64,000 bases of DNA from Alphaproteobacteria bacterium. Its GTDB lineage: Bacteria; Pseudomonadota; Alphaproteobacteria; UBA828. The stretch lies in contig CBDEFM010000001.1 in NCBI GenBank assembly GCA_965237415.1, positions 384,001 to 448,000 on the forward strand. Reading direction: 5' to 3'. Of this stretch, positions 11,876 to 21,115 are shown piece after piece (within the stretch, counting starts at the first letter, position 1; every line of letters begins with the position of its first letter). The notes below the pieces were generated by a model that saw only the letters and a list, made by a program, of their open reading frames with translations, made no database searches and was not told the DNA's origin. A program made the translations under genes and the position numbers.

Positions 11876-12973
11876 ACCGATCAGGCGAAGCTCGCGCGGA
11901 AACGACGTGAGCGAGCGAGAGCCATCCTCGGTGATGGTCACGTCGTCCTCGATCCTGATGCCGACATCGCCTGACCCGTAGAGGCCGGGCTCGACGGTTA
12001 TGACGAAACCCGGCTCCAGCGTCTGGTGGTTCCCGACCATGACCTGCGGTGCCTCGTGCACGTCGAGCCCGAGCCCGTGGCCGGTCTTGTGCACGATCAT
12101 GTCCGCGAAGGGCGAGGAACGGAGCACGTCGGTCACGGCCGTGTCCAAATCGTGCGCCGTGACGCCCGGCCCGGCGATGCGGCGGCCGAGCGCATTCGCC
12201 GCACGCACGGTCTCGTAAATCTCTGCATGGCGGTCGTTCACGTGCTCGCAGAAGAATGTGCGCGTGATGTCCGCGCTGAATCCGTCGATCTTCGCCCCGA
12301 AATCGATCAGGAGCGCATCGCCGGGTTCGAGCGGCGTGTCGCCCGGCGTTCCGTGCGGGTTCGCCGCATTGGCGCCCGCCAGCACGATGGGATCGAAGCC
12401 GAATGCTGCCGACCCGTGGGCGAGCATGCGGGTCTTCAGCAGTGCCGCGATGGTCTGCTCGGTATCGCCGGCGCCGACCTCTTCCAGGGTTTCTCCCAGC
12501 GCCAGCTCGCTGATCTGGATTGCGCGGGAGAGGCTTGCGATCTCATCCTCGTCCTTGGCGATGCGAAGCGCCTGAAGGGCCGCATCGGCATTCCGTACCT
12601 CGCCGTTCCCCATGTGGCGGCGAAGGGCATCGTATTCGAACATGCGCATCCGCCCGCCTTCGACGCCCATCGCCGCAGCCCCCATCGCGCGCGTCGCGGC
12701 CTTGAAGGCGTCTTCAAAGCCGTCGCTGTCCTGCCAGTAGAAGGTCTCCGCATCGGGGAAAGCGCTCGACCACTTGAGGCGTTCGAGCTCCGGCATGATG
12801 GCAAGGATGCCGCCCGTTTCCGTGACGAACAGCAGCGTCGGGCGCTCCATCAGGGGGAAGTCGAGGCCGGTCAGGTATTGGAAGTTGGGCCCAGGCACGA
12901 AGGCGGCGGCATCCAGGCCCGCGCCTCGGATCAGCTGGGCTGCACGGTCACGGCGCCCGGCATGGCGGGTCAT
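11873..12973 (-). CDS. M24B Xaa-Pro peptidase (prolidase-like)
   Basis: Creatinase-like N-domain; metal ligands in IDFGA..GFSADITRT, HKTGHGLGLDVHE, TVEPG, GIRIEDD. Confidence 0.9.
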   Translation of the reverse strand: MTRHAGRRDRAAQLIRGAGLDAAAFVPGPNFQYLTGLDFPLMERPTLLFVTETGGILAIMPELERLKWSSAFPDAETFYWQDSDGFEDAFKAATRAMGAAAMGVEGGRMRMFEYDALRRHMGNGEVRNADAALQALRIAKDEDEIASLSRAIQISELALGETLEEVGAGDTEQTIAALLKTRMLAHGSAAFGFDPIVLAGANAANPHGTPGDTPLEPGDALLIDFGAKIDGFSADITRTFFCEHVNDRHAEIYETVRAANALGRRIAGPGVTAHDLDTAVTDVLRSSPFADMIVHKTGHGLGLDVHEAPQVMVGNHQTLEPGFVITVEPGLYGSGDVGIRIEDDVTITEDGSRSLTSFPRELRLIG

Positions 12974-13701
12974 AGCGCTCCAAGCCCCTCACCAAAGCGC
13001 TCTAGACCCATCTTCGCCCCGAACCGGGGTTCAAGAGAGCGGACAATGATCGCGACGTCGGCCAGGATCATTCGCTCGATGGCGCGGTCGCTCGCGTCGG
13101 CATCGCCGGCAAGAATCGCTTCTACGAGCGCCTTCAGGCAGTCGGCCGACGCACGGCGCTCGTCCGCGGTCGCATTCGGAACGTAGTGGAGCACCCGCAT
13201 CCGCATGCCCGCATCGATGACCTGCTCGAAGAACTTGATCAGGAAGATATTGCCGGAAAGCCCCGCCAGATGGCGAAGCACCTCCAGCTCGCTCCTGAGC
13301 GACGCTTCCCAGTCTTCGGCTTCCACGGCCCGGACGAAGCGCTGTACATGCTCGTTCAGTACCTCCGCTTCGGCCCGGCCGGAGACCGCCGCCGCCCGTG
13401 CCACAGCCCGGGAGATGATCAACGCGGTGTCCAGATAATCGCCGGTGTTGTCGAGCGAGAAGGGCGCCACAATGCTGGTCCGGTTCGGCAGGAACTGGAC
13501 CAGTCTTTCGCCCGCGAGCAGGAGCAGGGCCTCCCGGATAGGCGTGCGCGAGACCTCGAAGCGGGCAGCCAGGTCGCGCTCGTCGAGGGCGGAGCCTGGG
13601 GCGATCCGCAGCCAGAGAATCTCCTCGCGAAGAACGTCATACACCTGCAGGGCGCCGCGGCGCCCGCGCTTCCTGGGAGTTGCCTTGATCTTCGCTGCCA
13701 T
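12970..13701 (-). CDS. GntR/FCD-family transcriptional regulator
   Basis: wHTH LDERDLAARFEVSRTPIREAL; ATGA overlap with the peptidase. Confidence 0.9.
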   Translation of the reverse strand: MAAKIKATPRKRGRRGALQVYDVLREEILWLRIAPGSALDERDLAARFEVSRTPIREALLLLAGERLVQFLPNRTSIVAPFSLDNTGDYLDTALIISRAVARAAAVSGRAEAEVLNEHVQRFVRAVEAEDWEASLRSELEVLRHLAGLSGNIFLIKFFEQVIDAGMRMRVLHYVPNATADERRASADCLKALVEAILAGDADASDRAIERMILADVAIIVRSLEPRFGAKMGLERFGEGLGAL

Positions 13702-13741
13702 GCTCCGAGATTCAGGCCGCCGGTACGCTTGCTCTGCCGGA

Positions 13742-13769
13742 TTGCATTATGTTTGCATAATGGTAGACT
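13742..13769. promoter_or_regulatory. Candidate GntR operator and promoter in the divergent intergenic region
   Basis: Palindrome CATTATG-TTTG-CATAATG (13745-13762) overlaps TTGCAT-16bp-TAGACT sigma70-like elements. Confidence 0.55.
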
Positions 13770-13804
13770 GCGGGTAAGTCAAGATGCAGAAGGGAGACAT
13801 CGAA

Positions 13805-14803
13805 ATGACGCGATCCGTAACCTTGGCGCTCGGGGCCGCAGCCCTCGCCCTTGCCGTTGCGCTGGCCACCCCCGCAATGGCGCAATCGAAGAAAATCGCC
13901 TTCTTCGCGGCCTCTTCGCAGAACGGCTTCAACCAGGCCACGTTCGAAGGGGTCGAGGAAAGGGCCATCGAGCTTGGCTACGAGGCCGAGATCTTCGACG
14001 GCCAGTTCAACGCCAGCCACCAGTACAGCCAGATCGAGGACGTGCTCGCCAGCGGCCGGTTCGCGGGCATGATCGTGGCGCCCAACGACCCTGTCGGAAT
14101 CTCGGGCGCCTTCGAGCAGGTGATCGAAGCCGGAGTGCCGATCGCGACCGTGCTCTTCCCGATCGGGCCGGAGCTCAACACTCTGGAGCCGCAGGTGCCG
14201 GGAATCACGGCGACCGTTGCCTCGCCGCCCGTCGCCGGGGCCACCTGGCAGGCCGAGGCCGTGGCGGCCTACTGCGCCGACAAGGATCCCTGCAACGTCA
14301 TCATCATTATCGGCTTCAAGACCTTCCCCTTCGACAATCTCCGGCTCGAGACCTTCGAGAAGGTCCTCGCCCGGTATCCCAACATCAAGATCGTGGGAAC
14401 CGGCGAAGGCTGGTATTCGCCTGATACCTCGCTGAAGGCGATGCAGGACATGCTGCAGGCGGCGAAGGACGTGCATGCGGTGCTGTCGAATGCCGACCAG
14501 CATCTGGTGGGTGCGGAGATCGCGCTGGAGGCCGAGGGTTACACCGTGGCCGACCTCTACCTCGTCGGCGGCGGTGCCGCGGCGATCTCGATCGAGGCGA
14601 TCCGCGAAGGGCGCTGGGATGCCACCCTCGCCTACTTCCCCAAGACCATGGGCGCGCTGGCGATGGAGCAGATCGCCAACGCCGTCGAGGGCAAGCCCGT
14701 GACCAACGCCATCAACATGGACGTTTCGGGCCCGCTCCAGGCCATGATCGACACGGCTATTCTCGACGCCAACCCCGACTTCAGGGGCGAGTGGGAGCAG
14801 TAA
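13805..14803 (+). CDS. Sugar-type (RbsB-like) ABC substrate-binding protein
   Basis: GGGAGA RBS; signal peptide ending PAMA-Q; periplasmic binding protein type 1 pattern. Confidence 0.82.
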   Translation: MTRSVTLALGAAALALAVALATPAMAQSKKIAFFAASSQNGFNQATFEGVEERAIELGYEAEIFDGQFNASHQYSQIEDVLASGRFAGMIVAPNDPVGISGAFEQVIEAGVPIATVLFPIGPELNTLEPQVPGITATVASPPVAGATWQAEAVAAYCADKDPCNVIIIIGFKTFPFDNLRLETFEKVLARYPNIKIVGTGEGWYSPDTSLKAMQDMLQAAKDVHAVLSNADQHLVGAEIALEAEGYTVADLYLVGGGAAAISIEAIREGRWDATLAYFPKTMGALAMEQIANAVEGKPVTNAINMDVSGPLQAMIDTAILDANPDFRGEWEQ

Positions 14804-14814
14804 TCGACAATTCA

Positions 14815-14838
14815 CGCCGGGGCCTCCGGGCCCCGGCG
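14815..14838 (+). promoter_or_regulatory. Perfect 10-bp intergenic hairpin after the binding-protein gene
   Basis: CGCCGGGGCC-TCCG-GGCCCCGGCG with no U tract; probably stabilises the mRNA or partially terminates. Confidence 0.55.
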
Positions 14839-14864
14839 ACCGATTAGCGCCGGGAGGTGCCGAC

Positions 14865-16892
14865 TTGACCCGACACTACCGGGTGTCAGCCGACATCGGC
14901 GGCACGTTCACGGATATCGTCTACCAGGATTGCTCGACCGGCGCGTGCGGCGCGACGAAAGTCCTCTCGACGCCGGTCGATCCGGCCCTCGCGGTGTTGC
15001 AGGGTATCGAGGCGGCCATTCCGCCCGAGGCGGCGATCGATTTCTTCGTTCACGGGACGACGGTGGGGCTGAATGCGCTCCTTACCCGGCGGGGCGCCAA
15101 GGTCGCGCTGCTCACCACCGAGAACTTCCGCGACATCTACACGATCCAGGGCAACGACCGCGGCGAAATCTTTTCGATCCGCTGGAACAAGCCCGAGCCG
15201 CTCGCGCCCCTGGAATACACGTTCACGGCGCGGGAGCGCATCGCCGCGACGGGCGAGGTCGTGACACCGCTCGACACTGGCGACCTCGACCGCCTCGTCG
15301 AGGCCGTCACGGAAGAGGGCTTCGAGGCGATCGCCATCGCTTTCCTCTTTTCCTTCAAGAACCCGGCGCATGAGCTGGAGGCGGCCGAATACCTCGCCGC
15401 CCGCCTGCCGGACGTTCCCATCGGCCTCTCGCACCGCGTCTCGCCGGAATGGCGGGAGTTCGAGCGCACCTCGACCACGGTGATGAACAGCTATCTTGCG
15501 CCGGTCGTGCGGCGATATCTGGAGACGCTGATCGGCGGGCTCAGCGATCGCCTGCCGAAAGGGCGAGGGCTGCACGTGATGCAGTCCAACGGCGGAGTCA
15601 TGACGGCCGAATCCGCCAGCGAGACACCGTTGCAGACCCTGCTCTCCGGCCCCGTCGGCGGAGCCATCGGCGGCAGGGCTCTCTCCGCCGCGACGGGGCG
15701 GCCCAACCTCATTTGCATCGACATGGGCGGCACCTCCTTCGACGCGAGCCTGATCATCGACGGGCTGCCGTCCGGCTCCAACGAGGCCAAGCTGGAGGGT
15801 CTGCCGGTTCAGATGTCGGTGGTGGATATCCACGTCATCGGCGCGGGCGGGGGCTCCATCGCGTGGGAGGAGGCGGGCGCCATGCGCGTCGGCCCGCAAT
15901 CGGCCGGTTCCATGCCGGGACCCGCCTGCTACGGGCTAGGCGGAACCGAGCCCACGGTCTCCGATGCCAATCTCGTGCTCGGCCGCCTGGATGGCGCGAA
16001 CTTCTCCGGCGGGGAGATGGCGCTCGACCGCGACGCGGCGGTTGGCGCGTTGCAGGGGATCGGCGATGCGTTCGGGCTGGCGACCGAGGCCATGGCGCAG
16101 GGCGTCGTGGATGTCGTGAACGCCAAGATGGCGGATGCGATCAGGACCATTACCGTCCAACGCGGCATCGATCCGCGGGATTTCTCCCTCGTGGCCTTCG
16201 GCGGGGCCGGCCCGGCCCAGGCGGGGGCGTTGGCCGAGGAGCTGCAGATCCGCGAGGTCATCGTGCCGGTGCACCCCGGCGCCTTCTCGGCCTGGGGCAT
16301 GCTGCAGACGGACGTGCGCCACGACTACAAGGAGACGCTCTACGGCTTCTGGGACCTCATGCAGCGCGCCGTTCTCGAATCGGCCTTCGCGGGGCTCGAG
16401 GAGAATGGCCGCCAACACCTCCTGGCCGAGGGAATCGCCGAGGACGCCATCGCCTTCGAGCGGGCCATCGACTTCCGCTACTACGGGCAGGAATACGTGC
16501 TCACCATCCCGGTTCCGCAGGAGCCCATCGACATGGGCGCCGTGCGAAAGACCTTCGATGTGGCGTACGATCGGCAGTATGGCCACTCCAGTCCGGAGAA
16601 CCGCGTTGAGATGGCGAATATTCGCGTGGCCGCGCTCGGTCGGTTGGCGCGCCCCGATTCCGCCCCGCCCGCGCAGGAGCCCGCGCGAGAGGCACGGGCG
16701 CGCGATGTCTTTTTCTCCGGCCGGCCAGTGAAGACGCCGGTCCTCGACCGTAACGGGCTCGAGATCGGCGACGCCGTGGCGGGCCCCGCCATCATCGAGG
16801 AATCGACGGCGACAACGCTGGTGCCGCCCGGCTGGCAAGCCACGGTGATCGAGGGCGGCCACCTCTCCATGACGCTGGAGGCGGGATCATGA
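14865..16892 (+). CDS. Hydantoinase A / 5-oxoprolinase-family ATP-binding subunit
   Basis: DIGGTFTD, HGTTVGLNA, MQSNGG, SGPVGG, DMGGTSFD, IGAGGGSIA, GPQSAGS.PGPACY, FGGAG. Confidence 0.92.
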   Translation: MTRHYRVSADIGGTFTDIVYQDCSTGACGATKVLSTPVDPALAVLQGIEAAIPPEAAIDFFVHGTTVGLNALLTRRGAKVALLTTENFRDIYTIQGNDRGEIFSIRWNKPEPLAPLEYTFTARERIAATGEVVTPLDTGDLDRLVEAVTEEGFEAIAIAFLFSFKNPAHELEAAEYLAARLPDVPIGLSHRVSPEWREFERTSTTVMNSYLAPVVRRYLETLIGGLSDRLPKGRGLHVMQSNGGVMTAESASETPLQTLLSGPVGGAIGGRALSAATGRPNLICIDMGGTSFDASLIIDGLPSGSNEAKLEGLPVQMSVVDIHVIGAGGGSIAWEEAGAMRVGPQSAGSMPGPACYGLGGTEPTVSDANLVLGRLDGANFSGGEMALDRDAAVGALQGIGDAFGLATEAMAQGVVDVVNAKMADAIRTITVQRGIDPRDFSLVAFGGAGPAQAGALAEELQIREVIVPVHPGAFSAWGMLQTDVRHDYKETLYGFWDLMQRAVLESAFAGLEENGRQHLLAEGIAEDAIAFERAIDFRYYGQEYVLTIPVPQEPIDMGAVRKTFDVAYDRQYGHSSPENRVEMANIRVAALGRLARPDSAPPAQEPAREARARDVFFSGRPVKTPVLDRNGLEIGDAVAGPAIIEESTATTLVPPGWQATVIEGGHLSMTLEAGS

Positions 16893-18610
16893 ACGATACG
16901 TTTCTGCGCAACACGGCAGACCCCGTCACGACCGAGATCGTGCGCAACTTCGTCATTTCCTGCGCGGAGGACATGAACGCCTCGCTGTGGCGTTCCGCCC
17001 ACTCGGCGGTCATCTACGAGGGCCGGGACAGCGCCGTCGCGCTCCTCGACGCGGACGGCAACATGCTGGGTCAGTCGAGCGGCGTACCGCTCTTCATCGG
17101 TGCGATCGATGCCAATGTCCATCATGTGATGGACTATTACGGCGACGACATCGCCCAGGGCGACGTCTTCATCATGAACGACAGTTACATGCAGGGCTCG
17201 CACCTGCATGATGTGTCGGCGGTCGGGCCGATATTTTTCGATGGCGAGCTGATCGGCTTCGGAGCCGCGCGCGCGCACTGGAACGACATCGGCGCCATCG
17301 ACCCCGGCACGGTCATGGGGTCCACGAATATCTATCAGGAAGGGCTGCGTCTCGGGCCGACCCGCATCGTCGCGCAAGGCAAGCCCATCCGCGAGTGGTT
17401 CGACCTGCTGCGGCTCAACACCCGCATGCCGGACGCGAGCATCGGCGATCTCGGCGCCCAGATTGCCGCCATCCGCACCGGCGAGCGGCGGCTTTCCCAA
17501 CTACTGGAACGCATCGGCATCGACACCTACCGGGCCGCCTGCGAAAACATCTTCGAGCAGGCTCGGCGCATGGACCGCGAAGCGATCGCCGCGATCAAGG
17601 ACGGCACCTGGTACCGGGAAGGCTATCTGGATAACGACGGCGCGGGCGAAGACCCGGTGAAGGTCGCGCTGACGCTCACCGTCAAGGGCGAGGAGCTGAT
17701 CGTCGACCTCGCCGGCTCCTCCGGCCTCGTCCCCGGATCGGTCAATTGCGGCGCGAGCCAGACCGTGTCGCTACTGCGCCTCGCCTACAAGACGATGATC
17801 AATCCGGAGCGGGCGATCACCGGCGGTTCCTTCGAGACGATGACCGTCTACATACCCGACGACTGCCTGTTCAACGCCAAGGAGCCTGCGGCCTGCGAGT
17901 GGTACTTCACCGGCCTAGGCTTGCTGGCGGACCTCTTCATCTCCTGCCTTTCAGAGGCCATACCCGACCGCTCCACCGCCGCTCACTACGGCGATTCGAT
18001 GGTGGCCCTCTTCTTCTCCGTCGATCGCCAGAGGGGCCAGTGGATGTCCATCGAGGCCACCGCCGGCGGCTGGGGCGGCCGCAACGACGGCGACGGCGAG
18101 AGTGCGCTGATCAACCTGGTGAACGGCAGCTTCCGCAACATCCCGGCCGAGGTGATGGAAACGAAATTTCCCGTCCGCCTCGAGGAGTTCTCTATCCGCC
18201 CCGATTCCGGCGGGCCGGGGCGGCATCGCGGCGGCTGCGGCGTCGTACGCCGCTACAAGACACTCGAGGACTGCCACTGCGCTCTCTGGTTCGAACGCTC
18301 CCATACGCCAGCCTGGGGGCTGAATGGGGGCAGAGACGCACGCGGTCCGAAGATCGAGATCACCCATCCCGACGGCTCCTCCGAGGGGCCGCTCAAGATG
18401 CGGGCCCGGCCGGTCACGGCCGGCACGGTGGTCGAGACCAGGACGGGCGGAGGTGGCGGCAACGGCGATCCGAAGGCGCGCCCGTTCGAGGAAGTGAGGC
18501 TCGACGTGCAGCGGGGTTACGTCTCCCCCGAAGGTGCATGGAGGGACTATGGCGTCCGCATCACCTCGGGCCTCTCCGTGGACGAGACGGGATCCGAGCC
18601 ACGCGCTTGA
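16889..18610 (+). CDS. Hydantoinase B / 5-oxoprolinase-family subunit
   Basis: [50 protein letters not shown]; ATGA overlap with subunit A. Confidence 0.92.
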   Translation: MNDTFLRNTADPVTTEIVRNFVISCAEDMNASLWRSAHSAVIYEGRDSAVALLDADGNMLGQSSGVPLFIGAIDANVHHVMDYYGDDIAQGDVFIMNDSYMQGSHLHDVSAVGPIFFDGELIGFGAARAHWNDIGAIDPGTVMGSTNIYQEGLRLGPTRIVAQGKPIREWFDLLRLNTRMPDASIGDLGAQIAAIRTGERRLSQLLERIGIDTYRAACENIFEQARRMDREAIAAIKDGTWYREGYLDNDGAGEDPVKVALTLTVKGEELIVDLAGSSGLVPGSVNCGASQTVSLLRLAYKTMINPERAITGGSFETMTVYIPDDCLFNAKEPAACEWYFTGLGLLADLFISCLSEAIPDRSTAAHYGDSMVALFFSVDRQRGQWMSIEATAGGWGGRNDGDGESALINLVNGSFRNIPAEVMETKFPVRLEEFSIRPDSGGPGRHRGGCGVVRRYKTLEDCHCALWFERSHTPAWGLNGGRDARGPKIEITHPDGSSEGPLKMRARPVTAGTVVETRTGGGGGNGDPKARPFEEVRLDVQRGYVSPEGAWRDYGVRITSGLSVDETGSEPRA

Positions 18611-18659
18611 CGGCGGAAGGCGCCGCGCAGACCGCGACCACGGTGAGCCACGGTGAGAC

Positions 18660-20177
18660 ATGGGGGTTAGCGAGCCGGCGCTCAGAGCCAACGGGATCGG
18701 CGTTGCTTTCGCCGGTGTGTGGGTGCTCAGCGACGTGTCGGTGGACATCCTGCCGGGCGAAATCCACGGGCTGATCGGCGAGAACGGCGCCGGCAAGTCG
18801 ACGCTCGGCAAGGTGTTCGGCGGCTACTACGCGGCGAGCGCCGGCACGCTCGATGTCTTCGGCGAGCGCGCGAGCACGTGGGACCCGCTCATGGCGCTCT
18901 CCAGGGGCGTCGCGATCATGCACCAGGAGCTGCAACTCGTGCCGGCGCTGACCGTGGCCGAGAATGTCTTCCTCGGCCTGGAGGACCAGCGCTGGGGCGT
19001 GCTGCGCCGAACCGAGGTAGCGCGCCTCTCGGAGCTGATGGCGGCGAGCGGCTTTCAGCTAAACCCCAACGCCATCGTCTCCCGGCTCCCCATCGCCGAC
19101 CAGCAGAAGATCGAGATCTTGCGGGCACTGGCGCGCAATGCGCGAATCATCGTGATGGACGAGCCCACGTCCTCGCTCTCGCGGGACGAGGTGTCGCAGC
19201 TGCACCGCGCGATGCGGAAGCTACGGGACGAAGGGCGGTCGATCATCTACGTCTCGCACTTTCTCAACGACATTCTCGACGTGTCCGACCGGATCACGGT
19301 GCTACGTGACGGCAAGCACGTGAAGACGGTGCCAGCCGCAGGCGAAACCCGGTCGAGCCTCGTCGCGGCAATGCTCGGCGGCGGCAAGAGCGAAACCCCC
19401 TTCCCGCCGCGGGTCCGCCCTCAAGATCCCGAGCCCGTGCTGGAGGTGGAGAACCTCGAGAGCGCCGAGGGGGCCAATGGCGCGAGCCTCTCGGTCGGCC
19501 GGGGCGAGATCGTGGGCCTCACCGGCCTCGTCGGCAGCGGCAGGAGCGAGATCGCCCGCGCGATCGTGGGTGCCGACCCGGCGACGGGCGGCGAAGTCCG
19601 GCTCAAGGGCGAGGTCTACCGCAACCGCTCCGTACGGCGCTCCGCCGCGCTCGGCATGGTGATGTCGCCGGAGGACCGCCGCAAGCAGGGCCTGGTGATG
19701 ACCATGCGGGTCTCGCCCAACATGACCTTGCCTCATCTCGGTCGCTTCGCGCACCTTGGCGTCATGCGACGCCGCACGGAACGCTCGCGCACCTTGAGCC
19801 TGATCGAGCACTTCCGCGTGCGCCCGGTGGACCCCAACGGCAACGTCGCGACTTTTTCCGGCGGGAATCAGCAGAAGGTCCTGATCGGCAAGTGGCTCAT
19901 GGAGAATCCCGACATCGTGATCCTCGACGAGCCGAGCCGCGGCGTGGACGTGGGCGCCCGCGAGCGGATCCACTTCGCGATTGCGGAGCTCGCCGCGGGC
20001 GGAACCGGCGTTCTGCTCATCTCCAGCGAGATCGAGGAGGTATTGGGCCTCGCCCACCGTGCCTATCTGGTGGATGGGGGCCGCATCGTCGACGAAGTGA
20101 TCCCTGCGGAGTCCAGCGAAGCGGACCTTCTCGCGCTGCTCTTCCAGCACCAAAGCCAGCGGCGCGGGGCCGAATGA
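18660..20177 (+). CDS. Sugar-type ABC transporter ATP-binding protein
   Basis: GENGAGKST, MDEPTSSL, FSGGNQQK, LDEPSRGVDVG. Confidence 0.9.
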   Translation: MGVSEPALRANGIGVAFAGVWVLSDVSVDILPGEIHGLIGENGAGKSTLGKVFGGYYAASAGTLDVFGERASTWDPLMALSRGVAIMHQELQLVPALTVAENVFLGLEDQRWGVLRRTEVARLSELMAASGFQLNPNAIVSRLPIADQQKIEILRALARNARIIVMDEPTSSLSRDEVSQLHRAMRKLRDEGRSIIYVSHFLNDILDVSDRITVLRDGKHVKTVPAAGETRSSLVAAMLGGGKSETPFPPRVRPQDPEPVLEVENLESAEGANGASLSVGRGEIVGLTGLVGSGRSEIARAIVGADPATGGEVRLKGEVYRNRSVRRSAALGMVMSPEDRRKQGLVMTMRVSPNMTLPHLGRFAHLGVMRRRTERSRTLSLIEHFRVRPVDPNGNVATFSGGNQQKVLIGKWLMENPDIVILDEPSRGVDVGARERIHFAIAELAAGGTGVLLISSEIEEVLGLAHRAYLVDGGRIVDEVIPAESSEADLLALLFQHQSQRRGAE

Positions 20178-21115
20178 TCGTCAGGGGCTTCCATATCGGC
20201 CGCTTCCTTCAGACCTACGCGGTCCTGATCATGATCGTGTTCCTGGTCATCGCGCTGAGCTCGTTGTCCGAGAACTTCCTGACGTTCCGCAACCTGCTGA
20301 ACATCCTCAACCAGAACGCGCCGCTCGCGATCATGGCCTCGGCGATGACGCTCGTGATCATCGCGGGCGGGTTCGACCTCTCGGTGGCGGCGATCTTCTC
20401 CATGGGCTCGGTCATGTCAGCCTGGATCGCGCTCCACGTCGACCCCTATCTCGGCCTCTTCGTGGCGCCCTTCATCGGCCTGGCGCTCGGCACCATGAAC
20501 GGCGTCGTCATCAATGCGCTCCGGGTGCATTCCTTTCTCGCCACCATCGCCACGAGTCTGATCTTCAAGGGCGTCGCCATCGTCATCTCGGACGGGCGGT
20601 TGATCTCCGTCCGCCTCGACACCTTCACATGGCTCGGGCGCGACAAGGTGGGCGGCGTATTCATCGCCGTGTGGATCATGGCGGTCTTCGCCATGATCCT
20701 GACCTTCATGCTGACCCGGACCGCATTCGGGCGGCGGGTCTTCGCCGTCGGCGGCAACGAGGTGGCGGCGGTGCTCTCCGGCATCCGCACGGATCGCGTG
20801 AAGACCGCCACATTCGCCATCGCGGGCTTTGCGGCGGGGCTTGCCGCGATCATCGCGACATCGCGCGTGGCGCTGGGGCAGGCGGGGGCCGGGCAGGGCA
20901 TGGAGCTGCAGGCCATCGCCGCCGTGATCCTTGGCGGCACCAGCATCTACGGCGGGGCCGGCGCGGTGTGGCGCAGCCTCGGCGGCGTCTTCCTGCTGGC
21001 GCTCATCAGCAACGGCTTCAACATCCTGAACGCCGATCCCTTCTACCGCGACCTCACCACCGGGCTGGTCATCCTCGCCGCAATCGGGATCAGCGCGGCC
21101 GGCAAGCGGCGGTGA
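20174..21115 (+). CDS. Sugar-type (RbsC-like) ABC permease
   Basis: GGFDLSV, FLATIA, AVGGN..AA.LSGI, ELQAIAAVILGGTS; start ATG 20174 overlaps the ATPase stop. Confidence 0.9.
   Translation: MIVRGFHIGRFLQTYAVLIMIVFLVIALSSLSENFLTFRNLLNILNQNAPLAIMASAMTLVIIAGGFDLSVAAIFSMGSVMSAWIALHVDPYLGLFVAPFIGLALGTMNGVVINALRVHSFLATIATSLIFKGVAIVISDGRLISVRLDTFTWLGRDKVGGVFIAVWIMAVFAMILTFMLTRTAFGRRVFAVGGNEVAAVLSGIRTDRVKTATFAIAGFAAGLAAIIATSRVALGQAGAGQGMELQAIAAVILGGTSIYGGAGAVWRSLGGVFLLALISNGFNILNADPFYRDLTTGLVILAAIGISAAGKRR

Noticed and set aside
20629-21111. Apparent N-terminal extensions of PutA (also XdhB, SoxA, HisG, RNase E/G, enamidase) in the ORF track
   Set aside because: The extensions overlap upstream genes in another frame; downstream starts coupled to upstream stops explain the homology, so these are not fusions
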